From positions 1-40,107 of the forward strand of contig JBIOIY010000025.1 of the NCBI GenBank assembly GCA_044450345.1: a DNA stretch of 40,107 bases. The letters run 5' to 3'. The DNA is from Thermodesulfovibrionales bacterium (GTDB taxonomy: Bacteria; Nitrospirota; Thermodesulfovibrionia; Thermodesulfovibrionales; UBA6898). A program made the translations under genes and the position numbers. The notes beneath the pieces were generated by a model. The model was not told the DNA's origin and did not search any database. It worked only from the letters and a program-made list of their open reading frames with translations. Positions 8,076 through 15,866 of this stretch are shown piece after piece (position 1 is the stretch's first letter; each line of letters starts with the position of its first letter).

Positions 8076-9443
8076 TTAATCCACCGTGAGTTTTTCCCAG
8101 TGCCCTCTCTGAAACCGCCACGTCATAAGCATGCCCTGAAAGGCCATGGATGCGATCATGGCGATCCAGACGCCTGTTGCTCCGTAGCCCGCTGCAAGCG
8201 CAAGATAATAAGCCAGCGGCAGTCTGATGAACCACATCGCCGCAATTATCACCCACATCGTCCCTCTCGTGTCTCCCGCCCCCTGGAGGCCGCCTCCAAG
8301 GATTGTACTCAATGCCATAAAGGGCTCCGAAAGCATGTTGAACCGCAGATAGCGGGCCGTTTCCGCGAGGACGGCATGATCTTTCGTGAGCAGCCAGGCG
8401 AACTGTTCGGCCCATATGAATATGGGGACCGCCATGAGGCTTATGAGGAGCACGCCGAACTTGGCGATCCTCCATCCCGCCTGCGCCGCCCGGTCCGGAC
8501 GGCCCGCCCCCAGGTTCTGACCGACCAGCACCGCGGCGGCCATATTAAGGGCGAAGGCCGGCAGGTAGATGACCGCCTCGATCCTGAGGCCGTTGGTAAT
8601 AGAGGCAAGGGCCGGTATGCTCGCCGGCCCGAGGCGGCCGAGGATATTATACAGGACGATTGTGCCTGCATTCCATGCGATCTGGAGCATTGCGGCAGGC
8701 CAACCGAGTCTTACGATCTTGAGGACCGTATCGGCCGAGACGGTCCAGGGACGGGCGTAAAGAGAACGCCACCATCCGACTGTAAAAAGCCATAGGTTGA
8801 TGGCCATCCCGGCTGTAATCGAAGCCGCGGTAGAGACCGCGATGCCGACGTACCCCATCGCAGGGAATGGAAATAGACCGAAGACGAGCACGAAATCGCC
8901 CGCCACATTGATAAGACCCACAATGAACATCGTGAGCAAGGGTTTCTTTACTTCCCCGGATGCCCTGAAAACTGCGTTGGAAATTATAAGGATGTAGTTT
9001 GGTCCGAGGGAGAGGGCAAAGATCCTGAGAAATCTTTCGGCCATCTCCCTGGTTCCGGCCGGAAAGCCGGCGAAGGCGATTATCTCCCTGTAAAAGATGA
9101 AGCAGCCGCAGGTGACCCCGGCGGCAACGGCGACACTGAAAAGGAGTGACTGCCTCGCAATTTCAAGGGCCCTTTTTTGGTCGCCCGAGCCGACGGCCCT
9201 CGAAACGAGCGCCAGCGTGCCGATGCTGATGGCGTTTGCGACGATCGTGATGAGGAAATAGAACAGGCTGACGAAGCCGACAGCGGCCTGCACCTCGGGG
9301 CCTATGAACCCGGCGACAAAGACATCGGTAAAGCCGACGAAGAAGGAGAAGACCATAGTGAGGAACATCGGCCAGGAGATGCGCCAGATGTTCTCGGACA
9401 GGTTCCCTATCGTAAGGTTGTTAAGAGGGGCTTTGTCCGCCAA
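8076..9443 (-). CDS. MATE family efflux transporter
   Basis: 455 aa, about 12 hydrophobic segments, with FRASGEVKKPL, VGQNLGAG and LQGAGDT motifs. TTG start after an AGGAG SD. Confidence 0.92.
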   Translation of the reverse strand: MADKAPLNNLTIGNLSENIWRISWPMFLTMVFSFFVGFTDVFVAGFIGPEVQAAVGFVSLFYFLITIVANAISIGTLALVSRAVGSGDQKRALEIARQSLLFSVAVAAGVTCGCFIFYREIIAFAGFPAGTREMAERFLRIFALSLGPNYILIISNAVFRASGEVKKPLLTMFIVGLINVAGDFVLVFGLFPFPAMGYVGIAVSTAASITAGMAINLWLFTVGWWRSLYARPWTVSADTVLKIVRLGWPAAMLQIAWNAGTIVLYNILGRLGPASIPALASITNGLRIEAVIYLPAFALNMAAAVLVGQNLGAGRPDRAAQAGWRIAKFGVLLISLMAVPIFIWAEQFAWLLTKDHAVLAETARYLRFNMLSEPFMALSTILGGGLQGAGDTRGTMWVIIAAMWFIRLPLAYYLALAAGYGATGVWIAMIASMAFQGMLMTWRFQRGHWEKLTVD

Positions 9444-9510
9444 AGAGATCTCCTTTTGGTAATGAAATTAAATATTATTACTTCGGCAATCATATGAAGT
9501 TTTTCGACGC

Positions 9511-9554
9511 CGTCATTCCGGCTTGCCTGCCTGCCGGTAGGCAGGTCCGGAATC
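9511..9554 (+). repeat. CGTCATTCC-type REP-like palindrome with inserted 20-bp palindrome
   Basis: CGTCATTCCGGCTTG[CCTGCCTGCCGGTAGGCAGG]TCCGGAATC. Confidence 0.8.
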
Positions 9555-9673
9555 TTTCTGTGTCTTAATGTACTATGATAACGCACTTCCGTTCAATTGG
9601 GAATGCGAAAGGTAGCTTGGGTCCGGGGCAAAACCCCGATTTGTACATCACTCTAAACTAGAATTTATTGACG

Positions 9674-9871
9674 CGGAGCTTCACCCCGCACCCGAGGCGC
9701 TTTTCTGGGATGCGCCAGAAAAGTGCCCAAAAGAACGCACCCCAGCTAAAATTTTTCACGGTTCGATTGTTCGTCCTCGGTAGATTTTAGGAACTCGTCC
9801 CTGACGGGACTCAAACAACCTAAAATCTTTCACCCTCCGGGCGACAACTCTCACCTAAATTTTAGAAGGGG
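9674..9871 (+). repeat. Family A element copy 3
   Basis: Contains GTAGATTTTAGGAACTCG...CTCAAACAACCTAAAATCT. Its 3' end GGGCGACAACTCTCACCTAAATTTTAGAAGGGG is shared with copy 1. Confidence 0.85.
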
Positions 9872-9922
9872 CCCCAATGGAACCCAAAGCCATCCATAAC
9901 GCCGTTTCTTTGTATCTTGAGT

Positions 9923-10117
9923 TCCCCTTCGAAAATTTCAGATCTGCGACCGAGGACGCGCGTTAAAAATTTTGGGCTGTCTGAGCGAAGCGAGTTCCCA
10001 AAATTTAGCGCTGCCGACCGAGCAGATCGTTAAGAAATTTTCGTTGGGGCGCTCTTCTTTACGTTAGCTTTCTTGGAGCGAACAAGAAAGGTAACTGGGG
10101 TGCGGGGCGACGCCCCG
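9923..10117 (-). repeat. Family A element copy 4 (simplest full form)
   Basis: Reverse complement reads CGGGGCGTCGCCCCGCACCCCAGTTACC...GAACTCGCTTCGCTCAGACAGC...AATTTTCGAAGGGGA. Confidence 0.85.
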
Positions 10118-10229
10118 TACTCGATAAATATTTTTTTAACCCTCGTCGTCGTTTCCGGGCAATCTTGGTCGATGACGTTGTATGGTAAAATATAGAAAAA
10201 GAATTACATCTGAAGGGAATTAATGCGGA

Positions 10230-10544
10230 ATGGGAAACGGCGGGTCCAAACCAGGAGAGGAACTTGAGGTACAAGAGAGGCAGAAGACCGAAAGTCCCCG
10301 TCTTTATAAGGTCTTCCTGCTGAACGACGATTATACGACGATGGACTTTGTCGTGCATGTGCTCGAAAGCGTCTTTCGGAAGAGCCCGGTAGAGGCGACG
10401 AGGATAATGCTGCACGTCCACAAAAAAGGCAGAGGGTTGGCCGGCGTGTTCACCAGGGAAATCGCCGAGACTAAGATCGCCGAGGTGCACAGCTTGGCGC
10501 GGGACCACGAGTACCCGCTCAGATGTGAAATGGAGAGAGAATGA
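10230..10544 (+). CDS. clpS: ATP-dependent Clp protease adaptor ClpS
   Basis: LLNDDYTTMDFVV, MLHVH and YPL motifs. Overlaps clpA (ATGA). Confidence 0.96.
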   Translation: MGNGGSKPGEELEVQERQKTESPRLYKVFLLNDDYTTMDFVVHVLESVFRKSPVEATRIMLHVHKKGRGLAGVFTREIAETKIAEVHSLARDHEYPLRCEMERE

Positions 10545-12793
10545 TTAACAAGGAATTTGAACTGACGATAGAGGCCATGATAAGGGACGCAAAGACGCGG
10601 AGTCATGAATACCTGACCCTTGAGCATGTGCTCTATGCGGTGCTTCATGACGAATTCGGCGCCGAGATTATTGCTGCGTGCGGCGGGGACGTGTCCGAGC
10701 TGAAATTATCCATCGATAAGTATCTGGACGAAAGCGTGCCTAAGACAGAAGAGGGTGCGGAGCTATATCCCCAGCCGACCGTCGCTTTCCAGAAGGTATT
10801 TCAGAGGGCCCTCCTTCACGGGGAGTCCGCATCGAAGGAAGAGACCGATGCGGGCGACATCCTTGCATCCCTGCTGCTCGAGGAAGATTCCCATGCGGTA
10901 TATCTACTCCATTCACAGGGCGTCAGGCGTATCGATGTACTGAATTATATCTCTCACGGGATAGAGAGGGTACCGCAGGACGGCGAGGAGAGTCAGGATG
11001 ATGCGGACTCTCTGCGTCCCGAGGCCGAGCAGCAGGGGAAAAAGGACCCTCTCGAGAGTTTTACCGTGGAGCTGACCGCAAAGGCGGCACGCGGCGAGAT
11101 CGATCCCCTCGTCGGACGCAAGGCCGAGATCGAAAGGACGATCCAGGTCCTGTCGAGAAGGAAAAAGAACAACGTCATCTTCGTGGGTGAGCCCGGGGTG
11201 GGGAAGACGGCGATTGTGGAAGGCCTTGCACAGAGGATACATGAAGGCAAGGTCCCTGCGTCGCTTATAAAGACGCAGATATTTTCGCTGGACATGGGCG
11301 CGCTCCTGGCGGGCACTAAATACCGGGGTGATTTCGAGGCACGGCTGAAATCTGCGATCAGCCGGCTTGAGAAGATCCCGGGCGCGATCCTCTTTATCGA
11401 CGAGATCCACACGGTCGTGGGAGCGGGCGCCACGAGCGGCGGGTCCATGGACGCCTCGAACATCCTCAAGCCGGTGCTGAATTCAGGCAGGCTGCGCTGC
11501 ATCGGCGCAAGCACCTATGAGGAGTACAAGAATTATTTCGAGAAAGACAGGGCGCTTTCGAGGCGTTTCCAGAAGGTCGAGATACAGGAGCCTACGATAA
11601 AGGAAACGGTCGAGATCCTCGGGGGACTCAGGCAGCATTATGAGGCCTTCCACGGGGTCAAATTCACCGAAGGCGCGTTGAAGGCGGCCGGGGAGCTTTC
11701 GGCGAAATATATAAACGACAAATTTCTGCCCGACAAGGCGATAGATGTGATCGATGAGGCGGGGGCGGTGCAAAAACTCTCTCCGTCTTCCAAGAACAAA
11801 AGGGTCGTCGGGACGAAGGAGATCGAGAAGATCGTTGCGAAGATGGCGAGGATACCTTCCAGGACAGTATCGACCTCCGACGTGGAAAAGCTCAGATACC
11901 TCGAAGATGAACTCAAGAAAGCTGTATTCGGCCAGGACAGCGCACTACACTCCCTCTCGGGTGCGATAAAGAGAAACCGCGCCGGTCTCGGCGCGCCTGA
12001 AAGGCCGATCGGTTCTTTTCTCTTTAGCGGCCCAACCGGCGTCGGAAAGACCGAGGTGTCTAAACAGATGGCATCTGTCCTGGGCGTAAAGTTCATCAGG
12101 TTCGACATGTCGGAATATATGGAGAAGCATACGGTCGCCCGCCTGATAGGCGCACCGCCGGGATATGTCGGGTTTGATCAGGCCGGTCTTCTTACGGACG
12201 CGATACGGAGAAACCCCTACAGCGTCCTTCTGCTGGATGAGGTAGAGAAGGCCCATCCCGATATCTTCAGCATATTGCTGCAGGTAATGGACTATGCGAC
12301 GCTCACGGACAACAACGGGAAAAAGGCGGATTTCAGGAACGTGATACTCATCATGACCTCGAATGCGGGTGCGAGGGACATGGTAAGGGAAGTCGTAGGG
12401 TTCGGCGACAGGAGCGGCGACACCCGGTCGAAGAGCAAGGACGCCATAACCAGGCTCTTCAGTCCTGAATTCAGAAACAGGCTCGACGGCATCATCGCGT
12501 TTAATCCCCTGACGCAGGGGATTATGAGGCGCGTGGTGGTCAAGTTCATCGACGAACTCAGGGGCCAGCTTGCAGAGAAGAACGTGAAGATAACCCTTTC
12601 GGACGATGCCACCGACTGGCTTGCATCAAAGGGCCACGACACAATGTACGGTGCCAGACCCCTTGCACGTCTGATACAAACTGAGGTTAAGGACGTGCTT
12701 TCGGACGAGGTGCTGTTCGGAAGACTCAAGAAGGGCGGAAACGTAAGCATCGGGCTGAAGGAAGAAAAACTGACGTTTGATTATTCAGAGTAA
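10541..12793 (+). CDS. clpA: ATP-dependent Clp protease ATP-binding subunit ClpA
   Basis: Two AAA+ modules (GEPGVGKT, GPTGVGKT, RFDMSEY, GAPPGYVG), no M-domain, 750 aa, located between clpS and aat. Confidence 0.96.
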   Translation: MINKEFELTIEAMIRDAKTRSHEYLTLEHVLYAVLHDEFGAEIIAACGGDVSELKLSIDKYLDESVPKTEEGAELYPQPTVAFQKVFQRALLHGESASKEETDAGDILASLLLEEDSHAVYLLHSQGVRRIDVLNYISHGIERVPQDGEESQDDADSLRPEAEQQGKKDPLESFTVELTAKAARGEIDPLVGRKAEIERTIQVLSRRKKNNVIFVGEPGVGKTAIVEGLAQRIHEGKVPASLIKTQIFSLDMGALLAGTKYRGDFEARLKSAISRLEKIPGAILFIDEIHTVVGAGATSGGSMDASNILKPVLNSGRLRCIGASTYEEYKNYFEKDRALSRRFQKVEIQEPTIKETVEILGGLRQHYEAFHGVKFTEGALKAAGELSAKYINDKFLPDKAIDVIDEAGAVQKLSPSSKNKRVVGTKEIEKIVAKMARIPSRTVSTSDVEKLRYLEDELKKAVFGQDSALHSLSGAIKRNRAGLGAPERPIGSFLFSGPTGVGKTEVSKQMASVLGVKFIRFDMSEYMEKHTVARLIGAPPGYVGFDQAGLLTDAIRRNPYSVLLLDEVEKAHPDIFSILLQVMDYATLTDNNGKKADFRNVILIMTSNAGARDMVREVVGFGDRSGDTRSKSKDAITRLFSPEFRNRLDGIIAFNPLTQGIMRRVVVKFIDELRGQLAEKNVKITLSDDATDWLASKGHDTMYGARPLARLIQTEVKDVLSDEVLFGRLKKGGNVSIGLKEEKLTFDYSE

Positions 12794-13491
12794 TGCCTGT
12801 TTTTCGACTACCCGATGAAGTTGTTTTCCCTTCCCCTGAATTGGCGGAGGAGGACGGGCTCCTTGCGGTGGGCGGGGACCTCAGTGTGGAACGCCTCCTG
12901 GTTGCGTACTCAATGGGCATATTCCCATGGTATTCCGATGATTACCCTATCTTGTGGTGGTCTCCGGACCCGCGTCTCGTCCTGATTCCCGAAGACCTCA
13001 GGGTATCGAGGAGCCTGAGGCAGGCGATAAAGAAGGAGACATATCGGACCACCTTCGACCACGCCTTTGAAAGGGTGATAAGAAACTGCGCCGAAACCCG
13101 GAGAAAAGACGAGGCAGGGACATGGATCACGGAGGAGATGATTGGGGCATACTGCCGGCTGTATGAAAAAGGTTTCGCACATTCGGTCGAAAGCTGGGCC
13201 GGCGATGAGCTGGCCGGCGGACTTTATGGTGTGGCGCTCGGAGGGGTCTTTTACGGCGAGTCCATGTTTGCCGGCAAGAGCGACGCCTCGAAGGTCGCCT
13301 TCGTTACACTTGTGCGGCAGCTTGCCGAATGGAAATTCAGGATAATCGACTGCCAGGTCAAGACACTGCATCTCATGAGTCTCGGCGCAAAAGAGGTCCC
13401 GCGTTCCGAGTTCCTGAAGGTACTGAAGAAGGCATTAAAAGTGCAGACGCCGCAGGGGAAATGGAGCGGACTGGATAATCAGCTTTCCTGA
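12793..13491 (+). CDS. aat: Leucyl/phenylalanyl-tRNA--protein transferase
   Basis: GLLAVGGDL, GIFPWY, WWSPDPR, GESMF and DASKVA motifs. Confidence 0.96.
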   Translation: MPVFRLPDEVVFPSPELAEEDGLLAVGGDLSVERLLVAYSMGIFPWYSDDYPILWWSPDPRLVLIPEDLRVSRSLRQAIKKETYRTTFDHAFERVIRNCAETRRKDEAGTWITEEMIGAYCRLYEKGFAHSVESWAGDELAGGLYGVALGGVFYGESMFAGKSDASKVAFVTLVRQLAEWKFRIIDCQVKTLHLMSLGAKEVPRSEFLKVLKKALKVQTPQGKWSGLDNQLS

Positions 13492-13523
13492 ATTCAAGAC
13501 AGCGTATAGCTATAGATACTTAT

Positions 13524-13803
13524 CGGGGCTTTGCCCCGCACCCCAGTTACCTCTGGAACCTCCTGCGGAGCTTCGATGCAAGGAATGTTTATCCTTGAAA
13601 TTCGCTCGCCTGATGCTCGCTATCAATCTTTTGCTGCCCAACAAGGTAACCGAAAGAATGGCGCCCCGACGAAAATCCCTTAACGGTTTGCTCGGACGGC
13701 CTCAGTAGATTTTAGGAACTCGCCCCGAAGGCCTTCGGGACTCAGACAGCCTAAAATCTTTAACCTTCGGCCTCTGTCGCAAACCTGGAATTTTCGAAGG
13801 GGA
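13524..13803 (+). repeat. Family A element copy 5
   Basis: Near-identical to 380-560, and shares its 3' end with copies 2 and 4. Confidence 0.9.
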
Positions 13804-13840
13804 CAAGAAATTCCAAATAATCTTCATTGATTGTGAGTCT

Positions 13841-13921
13841 TGTCATTCCGGGCCTGCCTGCCTGCCGGTAGGTAGGTCCCGAATCCTTCCGAGTCTGTCA
13901 TTCCCGTAGAAACGGGAATCC
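13841..13921 (+). repeat. Tandem GTCATTCC-type REP-like palindromes
   Basis: TGTCATTCCGGGCCTG[20-bp palindrome]TCCCGAATC followed by TGTCATTCCCGTAGAAACGGGAATCC. Confidence 0.75.
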
Positions 13922-14021
13922 ATTTTGTTTTTTGCTGTATATTTTTCTCTATATCTTTCTGTTATATTTCACGATTCGCGTTTCACATCTTATGTCTCAC
14001 ATTTTACATTATGCCGTCTTG

Positions 14022-14049
14022 TTGACTTTGGCTTTCTTTGGCGTACAAT
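14022..14049 (+). promoter_or_regulatory. Putative sigma70 promoter of usp gene
   Basis: TTGACT, 16 bp spacer, TACAAT. Confidence 0.5.
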
Positions 14050-14100
14050 TTAAAAAAATAACAGTTAATAAAATGACGTGACCTGAAGGAGGCATGAACA

Positions 14101-14580
14101 ATGAATAAGATGCTTATAGCGATAGACGGTTCGCAATGCGCCATGAGGGCGGTCGATTACACAGGACGCCAGTTTTCGGGCAACCGCGATCTCCGGATAA
14201 CCCTTCTTCATGTCCTTCCCTATCCGCCGGCGCCCTTTTGGGACGACGGTCATATACTTAGCGAAGATGAGAAGGCGGCCCGGAATAGTGTCATAGAAAA
14301 ATGGCTTGCCAATCAGAGAGCAAGACTGGAACCTCTTTTTAAGGAAGCCGTGAAAATGCTGATCGGAAAAGGCATAGGGCCGGAGCAGATCGAAAAAAAG
14401 TCTATTTCCGACTCGACAGATGTGGCGGAGAGTATCCTCGAGGAAGCCAGGGACGGCGGGTATCAGACTCTGGTACTGGGGAGGTGCGGTCTCTCTGCGT
14501 CGAAGCGGTTTTTAATGGGCAGTGTGACCACGAAGATCGTCAACAACGGTTCGGGGATGGCCATCTGCATCGTCGAATGA
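14101..14580 (+). CDS. Universal stress protein (USP)
   Basis: MLIAIDGS N-terminus and LVLGRCG...MGSVTTKIV. GGAGG SD. Confidence 0.9.
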   Translation: MNKMLIAIDGSQCAMRAVDYTGRQFSGNRDLRITLLHVLPYPPAPFWDDGHILSEDEKAARNSVIEKWLANQRARLEPLFKEAVKMLIGKGIGPEQIEKKSISDSTDVAESILEEARDGGYQTLVLGRCGLSASKRFLMGSVTTKIVNNGSGMAICIVE

Positions 14581-14773
14581 AACACAGAGCCGCAGCAGGA
14601 CTGTCCGCTGATTCCCGACCGGACAAGACCGGAACCTGAATACGTTTTTATCACAGAGGCACAGGACACCCGGAGGAAAGCATTTTTTTTGGTCTGAACA
14701 ATGGATATCTTCTGATAGGACTAAGATCGCAATATTCGGCGTCTTCGTCCTCTTCCCTCGAAAAATTTCTTGT

Positions 14774-14801
14774 TTGAAATATCCCGAAATAATGATAAGA
14801 T
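14774..14801 (+). promoter_or_regulatory. Possible sigma70 promoter of the usp-Rieske-cytb-gnd-nuo cluster
   Basis: TTGAAA, 16 bp spacer, TAAGAT with an extended -10 TG. Confidence 0.4.
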
Positions 14802-14848
14802 TTGTCTAAGCATTAATACTATAGTTTATTCATTAAGAGGAGGGAATT

Positions 14849-15310
14849 ATGCATGATGTGAAACGTATCCTGGTAGTATGCAGGATGCCCGAGTACTGCA
14901 GAGAGGCGATCCACGAGGGAATATCCTTGGCCCACCAATACGGGGCCGAACTCTATGTCATCCACGTCACCTATGATCCTTTCATCCGCGGTGAGTGGAA
15001 CCTGCCTGTCCAACTCGGGGTCATCGAGGACGAATACAAGAAGGCGATCGAGGACGCGAAAAAGACACTCGATGCGGTCATAAGGGAAGAGAAGAAGAAG
15101 GGCGCCGCGGTAAAGGAGATTTTCAAGGAGGGTAAGCCGGCGGAGGAGATACTCAAGGTCATTAAAGACGAAAAAATCGACCTGCTTATCATGATAGGCC
15201 ACGAAGAGACCAAGTTTGAGCATTTCCTTTTCGGCCGCATCAACGATGAGATTTTCAGAAGGATGCCCTGTTCGATCTTGATGGTCAAGAAGGAACCGGG
15301 GCCGGCATAG
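14849..15310 (+). CDS. Universal stress protein (USP)
   Basis: KRILV, LYVIHV, GKPAEEIL, IDLLIM and MPCSILMVK. Confidence 0.9.
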   Translation: MHDVKRILVVCRMPEYCREAIHEGISLAHQYGAELYVIHVTYDPFIRGEWNLPVQLGVIEDEYKKAIEDAKKTLDAVIREEKKKGAAVKEIFKEGKPAEEILKVIKDEKIDLLIMIGHEETKFEHFLFGRINDEIFRRMPCSILMVKKEPGPA

Positions 15311-15325
15311 TCGGGAAAGATCCTG

Positions 15326-15859
15326 ATGCAGGACAATCCGGTTTCCGGAAAAAATGAGCAGGGACTTGCCGAACGGCGAAGTTTCCTGAAGTGGCTTATC
15401 GGCGCATTGTCGGCGGTGATAGGCCTGATTACCGGTATTCCGTTTTTCAGGGCTGTCATCAATTCCGCGCCGCTTCAGAAACTTTCGTATGTGGAAGTGG
15501 GCGATATCAGCTCTTTGCCGATAGGGCAGCCGCAGGACATGAATTTTCAGGTGCTCTCGGTGGATGCGTATCTCCGGGAGGAGGCCACACGCTCGGTGTG
15601 GGTGATCAGGCATTCACCTGAAGACGTCACGGTTTTTTCCCCGATCTGCACCCATCTCGGATGTCATTTCAAGTGGAACCCCCGGTCCAGGCATTTCGAA
15701 TGTCCCTGCCATGCGAGCGTGTTCACCGTCGACGGCGGGGTGATAAGCGGACCGGCCCCTCGTCCCCTCGACACTCTTCCGTACAAGATAGAAAACGGCA
15801 AACTCTACGTCGAGTGGGAGCGGTTTAAAGTAGGTGTTTCCGGGAAGGTGAGGGTGTGA
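15326..15859 (+). CDS. Rieske iron-sulfur subunit of Rieske/cytochrome b complex
   Basis: Tat-like ERRSFLK plus TM helix, box I CTHLGC, box II CPCHASVF and GPAPRPL. Confidence 0.93.
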   Translation: MQDNPVSGKNEQGLAERRSFLKWLIGALSAVIGLITGIPFFRAVINSAPLQKLSYVEVGDISSLPIGQPQDMNFQVLSVDAYLREEATRSVWVIRHSPEDVTVFSPICTHLGCHFKWNPRSRHFECPCHASVFTVDGGVISGPAPRPLDTLPYKIENGKLYVEWERFKVGVSGKVRV

Positions 15860-15866
15860 AGCGCAT

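Noticed and set aside
10230..13491. clpS-clpA-aat as a novel system
   Set aside because: This is the well-known N-end-rule operon.
380..13921. Dispersed repeats as a CRISPR array or autonomous IS
   Set aside because: There is no regular repeat-spacer periodicity, no cas or transposase gene, and no terminal inverted repeats.
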